Sequence record: SRR20825019_1535
DNA length: 20,000 bases
Reading direction: 5' to 3' (one strand)
The notes under the pieces are model-generated. The model saw only the letters and a list, made by a program, of their open reading frames with translations. It was not told the origin of the DNA and did no database searches. Of the stretch, positions 8,440 through 18,271 are shown piece by piece; the first letter of the stretch is position 1; each line of letters opens with the position of its first letter. Made by a program: the position numbers and the translations under genes.

Positions 8440-8777
8440 TACCTCTCGGGTTGGCAAGCACCCGCCGCGGCATCTCGGGCGCATGATCATGACGCCTGCG
8501 CTGCAACCTGAGCCAGGATGTCGTTGGCCTCTCACTCGTCGCCGTGCGGCGCAATGACGAATTCGCGATCCCAGACGCCCCAAGTTGGTCTCATATAGCA
8601 AGTCCTCCATTTCGGATTGCTCGAAGTCAGCCGCCGGCTCGTCACTCTCCCAGCGATCCGCTCCTTGACCTTCCGGATCGCTGGGAGAGTGACGTCGTCG
8701 AGAAACGATTGAATCGTTTTACCGTGCCGTGCCGCCGAGACATCGGCATAGCAGAATTGCCGGCGAAACGGCGTCAT
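8440..8777 (-). pseudogene. Frameshifted/deleted remnant of a gene coupled to the HEPN gene
   Basis: ATGA overlap at 8774-8777 with the upstream gene. The protein-like start MTPFRR...FLDDVTLPAIRKVKERIA continues plausibly in another frame (SDEPAADFEQSEMEDLLYET). The 3' end is uncertain. Confidence 0.5.
8640..8694. repeat. Perfect 21-bp inverted repeat with 13-nt loop
   Basis: CGTCACTCTCCCAGCGATCCG (8640-8660) / CGGATCGCTGGGAGAGTGACG (8674-8694). Confidence 0.9.
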
Positions 8778-9346
8778 CGGACTCGCTCCGCCGCTTCCGC
8801 GATCATGTCGCGATAGGCATATGTGATGAGATCTCGGATTAGCTCGAGAAGTCCGCCGACCGGCAATCCGTCAAACGGATCGCCGTGCGCTGCCAAATTT
8901 CGGCGGTCCGATAGGCTCGGTTTGGTCTCGCCGGTCAGTTGTCCGATCGCCGTCCCATCGCAGCGAACGACCATCGGTATGGCTTCGTCAGTGAGACCGT
9001 CGACCTCGACCATGTGTTTTAGGAGAACGGACAGACTCCGCTGCCTCTTCCGGTACAGATGTCCGTAACGGTCGGTCACTGCCAGTTCGAGCGCAGTAAG
9101 CGCGACGAGCTCAGCCGCCTTGATTAGATCGGTGTCGAACCATGCGAGCAGGTAGAGCTTCTGGGCACGCAGATACTTGAGATGAACGATTTCGGGGACG
9201 AAGGGACTGAGAGACAGGCCGTCGACGGCATCGCGCCAGCTTTGTGCATCTTCGAACGCGAGCAGTGCCCCTGGTGCCCCAGGTTTGGGCCAAGGGACCA
9301 CCAAGGGGACCTTGCGAGGTGGCAGTTCGTGGAATGCGCTCGCCAT
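8774..9346 (-). CDS. HEPN-domain protein (putative RNase toxin / Abi effector)
   Basis: 190-aa, helical-looking sequence with ALTALELAV (conserved E helix) and a C-terminal RNLAAH (R-X4-H HEPN motif). AAAGGGG RBS. Confidence 0.75.
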   Translation of the reverse strand: MASAFHELPPRKVPLVVPWPKPGAPGALLAFEDAQSWRDAVDGLSLSPFVPEIVHLKYLRAQKLYLLAWFDTDLIKAAELVALTALELAVTDRYGHLYRKRQRSLSVLLKHMVEVDGLTDEAIPMVVRCDGTAIGQLTGETKPSLSDRRNLAAHGDPFDGLPVGGLLELIRDLITYAYRDMIAEAAERVR

Positions 9347-9387
9347 TTTGGCCCCTTTCGACTGACGATCGTCTCATAGACCTCCGG

Positions 9388-9440
9388 TGACCGCAATTGG
9401 TCAAACGTCGGAGATACATCGGGCGACCGCTTTGGGTCGC
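9388..9440 (+). repeat. Tandem pair of quasi-palindromic sites upstream of the recombinase
   Basis: TGACC-GCAATT-GGTCA (9388-9403) and GCGACC-GCTTTG-GGTCGC (9423-9440); cores are 36 bp apart. Confidence 0.65.
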
Positions 9441-9516
9441 GTGTTGCCAAGATGAGCGTGAAGGCATTGAATCCCGTGACAGGAGGGAAGGAGCATTCTT
9501 TTGAGAGGATGCGACG

Positions 9517-10152
9517 ATGCTTACCGACCATGATGATTTTGGAAGTTCCTCACTGCGTACACCCTGGAACAAGGGAAGATTGGTCGGCCAGAAGCGGCCA
9601 CTCAAGCCGAAGGATGTCTGGTCAATCCGGGTGAGGCTTGAGATAGCGGGGAGCTTGCGTGACCTCGCTTTGTTCAATCTCGCTATCGACAGCAAGCTGC
9701 GGGCTTGCGACCTGGTGAGCCTGCGGGTCGATGATATTCTGTCCGACGGTCGTATTCGCGAGCGCACGACAGTTGTTCAACAGAAGACCGCACGTCCTGT
9801 CCAGTTTGAGATGACAGCGGCAACCCGGAACGCACTGGCCGCATGGATAGACCAAGCCGGACGACGTCCCGGCGACTATCTCTTCATCAGCCGGCTCCGC
9901 AAGAGCGCTCACTTGTCGACGCGCCAATACGCCCGGATTGTACATGGCTGGGTCGAGAGCGCCGGTCTCGATAGCTCGGCTTATGGGACGCACACCATGC
10001 GCCGGACCAAAGCGGCTCAGATTTACCGGAAGACTGGTAACCTACGCGCCGTTCAGCTTCTCCTCGGTCACACAAAGCTTGAGAGCACGGTGCGCTACCT
10101 CGGCATAGAGGTCGAAGACGCATTGGCGATATCAGAGCAGGTCGAATTATGA
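9517..10152 (+). CDS. Minimal tyrosine recombinase/integrase (catalytic domain only)
   Basis: Intact catalytic set: R (DSKLRACDL), K (QQKT), HxxR (HTMRR), H (LLGH), Y (VRYL). Only 211 aa, with no room for core-binding or arm-binding domains. GAGAGG RBS. Confidence 0.93.
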   Translation: MLTDHDDFGSSSLRTPWNKGRLVGQKRPLKPKDVWSIRVRLEIAGSLRDLALFNLAIDSKLRACDLVSLRVDDILSDGRIRERTTVVQQKTARPVQFEMTAATRNALAAWIDQAGRRPGDYLFISRLRKSAHLSTRQYARIVHGWVESAGLDSSAYGTHTMRRTKAAQIYRKTGNLRAVQLLLGHTKLESTVRYLGIEVEDALAISEQVEL

Positions 10153-10159
10153 GGAACAG

Positions 10160-10187
10160 CCGCCGCTCGTGATACTGTGAGCGGCGG
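10160..10187. terminator. GC-rich stem-loop between convergent recombinase and MFS genes
   Basis: CCGCCGCTC-N10-GAGCGGCGG directly after the recombinase stop; no clear U-tract. Confidence 0.5.
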
Positions 10188-10210
10188 TCCTCATCCTGAG
10201 TGTATCCCGG

Positions 10211-11614
10211 TTAGGCGCGTGATCTCGGGGCGACGAAAATTGCCGAAATGATGAAGGAGAGCAGCAGCATGATGCTGCCGGTCAGGATCGAGGCGGAGAT
10301 CTGATGTGCCAGCATATGGTGGTCCGCCACGCCTTCGCGTGATGCCGCGGCGAATACCACAATCAGCAGACCAAGGCCGAGAGAGCCGCCGAGCTGGTGC
10401 GCGACATTCACAAGGCCGGAAGCCGCACCTGCCTGAGCCGCGGGAACCCGGGCAACGCCGGCGACGGTCAATGGTCCGAGAGCAAAACCGTTACCGAAGC
10501 CGATCAGCAGCATGGGCAATGCAATCGCGGTCCAGTAGGAGGCCTCGGCGCCCGCAAAAGACAGCCACACCATACCGGCGGCTGTGAGGCCGAGGGCGGA
10601 GCACAGCAATCCGCCATTGCCGAGTCTCCGGGTGAAGGCCGGGACCAGCGTGGCAGCGATGAAGGTCGGAACGGTCATCGGCAGGAAGGCGGCTCCGGCA
10701 ATGAGGGGTGTATAGCCAAGCACGCCCTGCAGGAACTGCGTGGTGAAAAAGAAGAACCCGACCATAGCGCCGAGAAATAGCATCCGGGCGGCATAGGCGC
10801 CCGACCGCTCCCGGCTGGCGAACAGCCCGAGCGGCAGGATCGGCTCGCGCACTCGGCGTTCGATCAGGATGAAGGCAACGAGCAGGATGATGGCGGCGGC
10901 AATCGACGCGACGGTTACGGGCGCGCTCCAGCCTTCTTCCGCAGCATGCACGATACCGAATACCAGAGCACCCATGCCAAGCGTCGAGCTGATTGCTCCA
11001 GCCACATCGAAGCGGACGGAAGCGCGGGGTGTCTCCGTCAGGACCCGGAGCGAAATCAGGATGAGGCCGATGCCGATCGGCACGTTCATCAGGAAGCCGA
11101 CCCGCCAGGAAAGCAGGTCCGCGAATACACCGCCGAGGACAAGGCCTGCACTGGCGCCAACGCCCGCGACCATCGAATAATAGGCAAGAGCGCGCGTACG
11201 CTCCGGGCCTTCCGGGAAATTGATGGAGATAAGAGCAAGCACGGACGGGCCGAGAATGGCCGCACCGGTGCCCTGCGCGGCCCGCGCGGCGATCATCTCG
11301 ACTGGCGTCTGTGCCACGCCGATCACGAGCGACGCGGCTGTGAACAGCACCAGCCCCACGATGAACATGCAACGGCGCCCGAACACATCGCCGGCCCGCG
11401 CCGCGAGCAGCAGGAAGGCGCCGAAGCAGAGGAGATAGGCGTTTTGCACCCAGGACAGGGTGATCGGCGAGAAGCCCAGATCTTCACGAATGCTCGGCAA
11501 CCCGGTGATGACGATGGAAATGTCGAGCAGGATCATTAGATAGCTCGTGAGTACGATTGCGAGCACGGCGGCGGGCCGTGCCGCTGATCGCACTGGCGAT
11601 GCGGCATTGGTCAT
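10211..11614 (-). CDS. MFS transporter, DHA2 (EmrB/QacA-like, 14-TM) family
   Basis: LDISIVITGLPSI, WVQNAYLL, ARAGDVFGRR (motif A), WRVGFLMNVPIG. ATG at 11614 has an AAGGA RBS. Confidence 0.92.
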   Translation of the reverse strand: MTNAASPVRSAARPAAVLAIVLTSYLMILLDISIVITGLPSIREDLGFSPITLSWVQNAYLLCFGAFLLLAARAGDVFGRRCMFIVGLVLFTAASLVIGVAQTPVEMIAARAAQGTGAAILGPSVLALISINFPEGPERTRALAYYSMVAGVGASAGLVLGGVFADLLSWRVGFLMNVPIGIGLILISLRVLTETPRASVRFDVAGAISSTLGMGALVFGIVHAAEEGWSAPVTVASIAAAIILLVAFILIERRVREPILPLGLFASRERSGAYAARMLFLGAMVGFFFFTTQFLQGVLGYTPLIAGAAFLPMTVPTFIAATLVPAFTRRLGNGGLLCSALGLTAAGMVWLSFAGAEASYWTAIALPMLLIGFGNGFALGPLTVAGVARVPAAQAGAASGLVNVAHQLGGSLGLGLLIVVFAAASREGVADHHMLAHQISASILTGSIMLLLSFIISAIFVAPRSRA

Positions 11615-11625
11615 TATCTTTTCCT

Positions 11626-11657
11626 TATGGCGTTGGAGTTCTATGGCGTTGGAGTTC
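11626..11657. repeat. 16-bp perfect tandem duplication in the MFS leader
   Basis: TATGGCGTTGGAGTTC x2. Confidence 0.85.
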
Positions 11658-11847
11658 TTGGTCGGCCGAGACAATTCATTCTGGCGACTTGCTCCATCGC
11701 GTGGCGGGGAGCCGTTTACCGGCTCCGCGATTACGATTTAAGGTTGTCGCGGCCCTGTCGATGACCCCAACCTTGTCTGTCTGTTGCTGTGTGCAGAGCA
11801 GCTTGGGAAATGCGCCCGGATGAGGCATTTCGATACGCTTTCGTCAC

Positions 11848-12882
11848 TCACCGGTTCATGTTCCGCTCCCAGAACATGACGGCTTCACGAAGCCATCCTT
11901 CAGCTGAAGTTCCCGTGCCGGCTCCAAACCCATGGCCAAGATCGTCGAATTTGCGGTACTCGACCGCGGTTCCGATCGACGTCAGGTTCGCTATGCGCTT
12001 TTCCATGGAAGAAGCTGGCGATATCCGGTCGCGGCCGCCGACGGTAACGAAGGTTGGCGGCTCTTTCGCTGCGATATCGGAATGCGCCGTGTAGGCCATG
12101 ATCACGGCCGCAGGCTTTGGGTAGCCGGCAACTCCGAACGCCGATGTTCCGTGTGATCCGATGGAGGCGGCCATTCGCGCGCCGGCGGAACTTCCCCATA
12201 ACGAGTAGGCGCTTGTTCCGACGCCAAGCGCGTCCGCGTTTCTGAAAATGTACGCCACGGCGGCGGCCATATCCTCGGTCGCCACGCGGCCACCTTGTCC
12301 CACGCGGTACTTCAAAACGAAGGCATTTAGCCCCCGGTCCGATATCTCGCGGGCGTAGGGAAACCCTTCATGGACCGAGCCGACATAGACAAAGCCCCCA
12401 CCAGGGGCCACGACGGCGAAAGGCGCGCCAGCCTGTCCCCGGAAGAAAAACAGCCCTGTCTGTTCCTTGTCGGGCCGTGCGCGTTTCTCCGCCTCATCAT
12501 AGATGTCGTAAAAGACAGGCCGTCCGGCAGCTACCTCATCGATCATATGGTTGAGGGAAGCAAGAACCGTCCCAGGATCGACATGGGTGTGATAGGGCAG
12601 GAGCGTGCCGATCTCATGCAGCTTCAGATCCTGATCATAGTTGCGATCCTCCCAGGGGAGGATCTGCTCCGCATATCCCGAGAAAGCCGGATGATGGAGG
12701 AGGCTCCCGATGGAATCGTCTGGGCCGAGGTGCTGCCCCAGGACGTTATCGGGAGCGCCAATCTCAAGAGTGTGTCGGCTGGCTCGGTCCTGAATGCTCC
12801 CCTCCGCCCGGACTTCGGTGCAGCAAGGCGCCAACACCAAGAGTGCCGCAAGCCAGGCGAAGTCCGGAGCAGTGATAGCCAT
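11848..12882 (-). CDS. Secreted alpha/beta hydrolase (esterase-like)
   Basis: Signal-peptide-like N-terminus, PGGGF oxyanion motif, GSSAG nucleophile elbow and HGFG catalytic His. Confidence 0.88.
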   Translation of the reverse strand: MAITAPDFAWLAALLVLAPCCTEVRAEGSIQDRASRHTLEIGAPDNVLGQHLGPDDSIGSLLHHPAFSGYAEQILPWEDRNYDQDLKLHEIGTLLPYHTHVDPGTVLASLNHMIDEVAAGRPVFYDIYDEAEKRARPDKEQTGLFFFRGQAGAPFAVVAPGGGFVYVGSVHEGFPYAREISDRGLNAFVLKYRVGQGGRVATEDMAAAVAYIFRNADALGVGTSAYSLWGSSAGARMAASIGSHGTSAFGVAGYPKPAAVIMAYTAHSDIAAKEPPTFVTVGGRDRISPASSMEKRIANLTSIGTAVEYRKFDDLGHGFGAGTGTSAEGWLREAVMFWERNMNR

Positions 12883-12907
12883 GGGGATTTTCCTTCATCA
12901 CCGGTGA

Positions 12908-14031
<1,124 letters not shown>

Positions 14032-14033
14032 TA

Positions 14034-14930
14034 ATGGCGATCGAAAACTTCAACGACCTTGCCGCTTTTGTGGCCGTTGCGAAGGAGCGGAGTTTCACCC
14101 GTGCTGCGGCCAAAATGGGCGTATCGCAATCCGCGCTAAGTCAGACAATTCTCTCGCTGGAGAAGCGCTTGGGCCTACGCCTGCTCACGCGGACAACGCG
14201 CAGTGTTGCCCCGAGCGAAGCCGGTGAACGCCTCCTGCGGACCGTTGCTCCGAATTTCGAGGAGATCGAGGCAGAGCTCGCCGCATTGAACGAGTTGCGA
14301 GATACGCCGGCAGGCAGCGTCCGCATCACTGCGGGAGAACATCCGGCTATCTCAATCCTGCAACCAGCGCTCAAGCGATTCCTGCCAGAATATCCCGATA
14401 TAAATGTCGAGATTATCGTCGATTATGGCCTCACCGACATTGTCTCGGAGGGCTACGATGCCGGTGTCCGCATGGGTGAGCAAGTGGCTCAGGACATGAT
14501 TGCAGTTCGTATTGGCCCGGAAATGCGTATGGCTGTTGTGGGCGCACCTGGCTATTTCCAACACCATCCGCCGCCGCAAACGCCACAGGACGTCGCCGCA
14601 CATACCTGCATCAACATGCGGCTGCCGACTTATGGTGGGCTATTTCCATGGGGGCTGGAGAAGGGCGGGCGGGAAGTCAAAGTACGCGGCGCAGGCCAAC
14701 TCGTCTTTAACAATCTCGCCATGCGTTTGGCTTCAGCACTTGATGGTCTTGGCCTGGCCTATATGCCGGAAGATCAGGTGCTCCCCTATATTTCCGATGG
14801 TCGGCTCATACGTGTCCTTGAAGATTGGTGTCCGGCCTTTCCCGGATATCATCTCTACTATCCGAGTCGCCGCCATTCGTCTCCGGCGCTCAGCCTGCTT
14901 GTGGACGTGCTACGGTACCGTGACCCTTGA
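14034..14930 (+). CDS. LysR-family transcriptional regulator (CrgA/PgrR-like)
   Basis: SFTRAAAKMGVSQSALSQTI...LLTRTTRSV wHTH plus substrate-binding domain; divergent from the AKR gene. Confidence 0.96.
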   Translation: MAIENFNDLAAFVAVAKERSFTRAAAKMGVSQSALSQTILSLEKRLGLRLLTRTTRSVAPSEAGERLLRTVAPNFEEIEAELAALNELRDTPAGSVRITAGEHPAISILQPALKRFLPEYPDINVEIIVDYGLTDIVSEGYDAGVRMGEQVAQDMIAVRIGPEMRMAVVGAPGYFQHHPPPQTPQDVAAHTCINMRLPTYGGLFPWGLEKGGREVKVRGAGQLVFNNLAMRLASALDGLGLAYMPEDQVLPYISDGRLIRVLEDWCPAFPGYHLYYPSRRHSSPALSLLVDVLRYRDP

Positions 14931-15614
14931 TCAGGACCGGGACCCGCGCCTCGCATGCAGGAAAACCTTCATGGCATAGTAAGTCAGAAAGATGTAAAGC
15001 CCGGCAATAGCACCACAGTGGATAAAGAACCCAAGGCTGGATTCCTCGAAGTTCCACCATTCAAGTGTCATGCGCATGGCCAGTTTGTCGCCAAGTCCCA
15101 GAACGGATGAACTCCACACACCATGGATCGCGATGCCCGCGGCGATCAGCCGGAGCGCGGCCGTGCGCCAGGGGTTCGTCCGCTGGATGCCAAACAGATT
15201 GCGCGCTGCGCCCATGATCAGCGGCCAGCGCAAGCCGAGATGGATGGCGACCAGCACCAGGGCCCAATAAGCCGCAAGCGTGTGGATCTGCCGTACGGTG
15301 AAACCGCCGAGCTGCGACATGATTCCGGACAGGGCGTTGGAGATCAGCACGCTGGTGATCAGCAGCACGAGCATCGCCGCCAGCAGCGCCCCGGTGGCCA
15401 GGATATCGATCCGGCCACGCGGCTGCCTCCGGGCACGCGGAATGGCTCCGTACCAGCGGCGATTGAAGACATTATGCGCTATCAGCATCAGGAACATTGC
15501 GGTTCCGGCCAGCTCATGCGCCACATTGCCGAGCCACCAGTAAGAGAACCCGAACAGCAGAAGGGCTGCCGCGAGGGTGTCAAAGACCAGACGCAGATGG
15601 AGCGAAGGGATCAC
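14931..15614 (-). CDS. DUF4405-like membrane protein (His-containing, cytochrome b-like)
   Basis: Multiple TM helices with AHELAG, AHNVFN and RQIH...AIHLG. GTG start at 15614 follows the P460 gene. Confidence 0.7.
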   Translation of the reverse strand: MIPSLHLRLVFDTLAAALLLFGFSYWWLGNVAHELAGTAMFLMLIAHNVFNRRWYGAIPRARRQPRGRIDILATGALLAAMLVLLITSVLISNALSGIMSQLGGFTVRQIHTLAAYWALVLVAIHLGLRWPLIMGAARNLFGIQRTNPWRTAALRLIAAGIAIHGVWSSSVLGLGDKLAMRMTLEWWNFEESSLGFFIHCGAIAGLYIFLTYYAMKVFLHARRGSRS

Positions 15615-15631
15615 GGCGCGGCTCTTCCCGT

Positions 15632-16114
15632 TTATTCGACAGGTGTATGGCCATCGAAGCGTGGAATGCGATAGGCGGTATAGAGATAATCGCTGTCTTC
15701 CTGGCTGCTGTGGCAGGACTGACAGCGTGCGGTATTCTCGTCCATGTTGATCGACTTGTCCGCCCAGAACCACTGGAACTGCCAGTCGTCCGTACGCCGC
15801 CGCTCGTCATAGTCGGCGCCGAATTCCTCGCCTTTTTCCATGACGAAATAGCGATGGACCGCACCGTCCCGGTAATCGACCAGAACGAAATGCGTTCCGT
15901 TCGGGATTGGCTGTCCAGCCCGTACCGCCTCGACCGCCTCGGGCGTAGTCATGATGTGCTCGGTCACCTCGCCGCGCCGGACTGTGGTGTAATGCACCAG
16001 CTCGTTGAGATTTTCGGGGAATGTGACGCGGTTCGGCTCGGCCTGGGCCGGCCAGGCGGCCAGAAAGGTGCCGGTCACCAGGACTGCTAGAGTAAATAGG
16101 TGTGATGCCTTCAT
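15632..16114 (-). CDS. Cytochrome P460 / c'-beta family periplasmic monoheme protein
   Basis: Signal peptide ending AQA, P.GT.FV, FVMEKG, W.F and a C-terminal CQSCH heme motif. ATG at 16114 has a GAGGT RBS. Confidence 0.82.
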   Translation of the reverse strand: MKASHLFTLAVLVTGTFLAAWPAQAEPNRVTFPENLNELVHYTTVRRGEVTEHIMTTPEAVEAVRAGQPIPNGTHFVLVDYRDGAVHRYFVMEKGEEFGADYDERRRTDDWQFQWFWADKSINMDENTARCQSCHSSQEDSDYLYTAYRIPRFDGHTPVE

Positions 16115-16169
16115 TGCATACCTCGTTTGATGGAGAGAGTGGGGATCGCCGTATGAGCTCGGTCGGGCG

Positions 16170-16640
16170 TCAGCGCTGATATTGCGCGTCGGTGACCAGC
16201 TCCATCCACTCGACCGTCCTGCCGTCGAGGGCTTCGGAGATCGCAACGTGCGCCATTCCCACTTTCGCGGAGGCGCCATGCCAATGCTTGGTCATTGGTG
16301 GGATCCAGACAATGTCCCCGGGTTTGATTTCCTGGACCTCTCCGCCCCAGTTCTGCACCCATCCGACCCCGGCGGTGACGATCAGGGTCTGGCCGAGAGG
16401 ATGTGTATGCCAGGCCGTGCGAGCACCGGGCTCGAAGGTCACTATACCGCCACCGAGGCGCCCGGGCGCGGCCGCCTGAAACCGTGAGTCGACCCGCGCT
16501 GACCCGGTGAAATGGTCGGACGGCGCAACGGTCGACGGCTGCGATCCGATCCGGGTGACGACGAGTGCCTGATCCGCCTCGACCGGTGCCGCCGACGCGA
16601 GCAGGGCGAGTACCGGCAATGCCTTGGTAATCTTTTTCAT
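16170..16640 (-). CDS. Cupin-domain protein (hydroxynitrile-lyase-like cupin) with signal peptide
   Basis: TFEPGARTAWHTHPLGQ and PGDIVWIPP..KHWHGA cupin motifs. Confidence 0.9.
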   Translation of the reverse strand: MKKITKALPVLALLASAAPVEADQALVVTRIGSQPSTVAPSDHFTGSARVDSRFQAAAPGRLGGGIVTFEPGARTAWHTHPLGQTLIVTAGVGWVQNWGGEVQEIKPGDIVWIPPMTKHWHGASAKVGMAHVAISEALDGRTVEWMELVTDAQYQR

Positions 16641-16695
16641 GATGATCCTTCGGGGTGATTGCGGGCCGGGACATGTGACGGCGGCGTTACGCCGC

Positions 16696-17094
16696 CTAGT
16701 CCTCCTTGAAGACTTCCTTCGCGATCAGCGCTGCCGTGACGGAGCTGGGCCAGCCCGCATAGAAGGCAATATGCGTGATGGTCTCGGAGAGCTCCTCCCT
16801 GGTCACGCCGTTGCGGAGAGCGAGGCGGAGATGGGAGCGCAGTTGGTCGGGACGATTGAGAGCAATGAGCGCGGAGACCGTCGCCAAGCTCCGGTCGCGT
16901 TTGGAAAGCTCGGGACGCTCCCAGATATCACCGTAAAGGACTTCATCGGTGAGCTCGGCCAGTTTCGGGGTGACGTCGCCCATCAATTGCTGTGCCCGGG
17001 ATTGTTGTTTCGGTGCCTGATCCTGGGCGTAAGCCGGGACCGCCATGGTGCCCAGAAGCAGAACCGGGAGGGCCATCTTGCTGATAAGATTCAT
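16696..17094 (-). CDS. Carboxymuconolactone decarboxylase (CMD/AhpD-like) family protein with signal peptide
   Basis: LYGDIWERPELSKRDRSLATV...HIAFYAGWP. ATG at 17094 has a GGAG RBS (17106 is an alternative start). Confidence 0.9.
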   Translation of the reverse strand: MNLISKMALPVLLLGTMAVPAYAQDQAPKQQSRAQQLMGDVTPKLAELTDEVLYGDIWERPELSKRDRSLATVSALIALNRPDQLRSHLRLALRNGVTREELSETITHIAFYAGWPSSVTAALIAKEVFKED

Positions 17095-17147
17095 TGCAAA
17101 CTCCATGTGAAAGGCTCGAGATTGGGTGAAAGACGTGTGCCGGTAGA

Positions 17148-18218
17148 CTACGAGCGACTGGCGGCAAGGGTGCGGGCGAAGAACGGCGTCAGCCTGCCCA
17201 TCGCGGCATCCACATATTCGGGAACCCAGTAGGTTTCGATATGCGTCGCCCCATCGATCACGAACAGCTCCTTGTCCGTCGTGCCGGAGGCCTTTGCGAA
17301 GGCATCCTCGGTCATGTAAAGGCTGTCGGCCTTGCTGCCCGCGATCATCAGTAACGGCGTGCCGATCAGCTCTATCTGGTCGGTAGCGTCCCAGCGCATC
17401 AGGTCCAGCAGACTGCTCATCGTGTATTTGAAGGTCGAGTTCGGGTGTGCGTGGCTTTTCCAGTAGTAAGCATAGCCCTGGCGATAGAGATCGAACGGCA
17501 GCGCAGCGATTTGCTCATCCGTGAGATTGGCATCCCCGGCATAGAGAATTTCTCCGCCAGCGGCTTCCTGGGCACGGGCGGCCGAAGCCTGTGCCAGACG
17601 TTCCTGGATACTATCCAGTTGTGAATCCACGTAGCCGTTGCGGCGGACCCGTCCGGAATTGAACATGCTCAGGGTAGCGATGGACTGGAAGCGCTTGTCG
17701 GTTTTCGCCGCCGCCAGCGAGTATCCGCCGCCGCCGCAGATCCCGAGCAGCCCAAGGCGCGAGACGTCGGCGCCCGGGTAACGGGTGATGAAGTCCGCCA
17801 TGCCGTGGACGTCCTCGATGCGGTTCGAGGGTTTGTCCACGTTGCGCGGCTGCCCGCCGCTTGCCCCCTGATAGGCGGCATCTGCGGTGATCGTGATATA
17901 GCCCTGCTCGGCCAGGTGCTGGGCATAAAGCCCCGCGACCTGCTCCTTCACGCCGCCATTCGGGTGCGCGACGACGATGGCCGGATATTTCTCCTGCGGA
18001 TCGTAGTTCGCCGGGGTGTAGACGTTTGCGGAGATGTCGAGGCCGTTGAGCTTGTAGGTGACCGGGTGAATATTCACCTTGCCCGGCTCGTTCTTCGAGA
18101 TCGCGCCTTCATAGACCAGGGTGAACGGGTTCTGCCGGTAATCCGCCGCCTCGGCTGCGCCAACCGAAGCGCCTGTTACTGTTGCCAGAATGGCGGCTTT
18201 CATAAGTGTGCGTTTCAT
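17148..18218 (-). CDS. Alpha/beta hydrolase, YcjY-like (Cys nucleophile), secreted
   Basis: HPNGGVKEQ, GICGGGG nucleophile elbow, GATH; signal peptide MKRTLMKAAILATV...AEA. Confidence 0.88.
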   Translation of the reverse strand: MKRTLMKAAILATVTGASVGAAEAADYRQNPFTLVYEGAISKNEPGKVNIHPVTYKLNGLDISANVYTPANYDPQEKYPAIVVAHPNGGVKEQVAGLYAQHLAEQGYITITADAAYQGASGGQPRNVDKPSNRIEDVHGMADFITRYPGADVSRLGLLGICGGGGYSLAAAKTDKRFQSIATLSMFNSGRVRRNGYVDSQLDSIQERLAQASAARAQEAAGGEILYAGDANLTDEQIAALPFDLYRQGYAYYWKSHAHPNSTFKYTMSSLLDLMRWDATDQIELIGTPLLMIAGSKADSLYMTEDAFAKASGTTDKELFVIDGATHIETYWVPEYVDAAMGRLTPFFARTLAASRS

Positions 18219-18271
18219 TTGACTGCTTCTTTCATGTTCAGTGCTTGCTCGGAGCCGAAGGCGGATCGCCG

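Noticed and set aside
9517-10152. Integron integrase IntI or XerC/D
   Set aside because: Too short (211 aa), with no N-terminal core-binding domain or IntI-specific insertion and no attC array.
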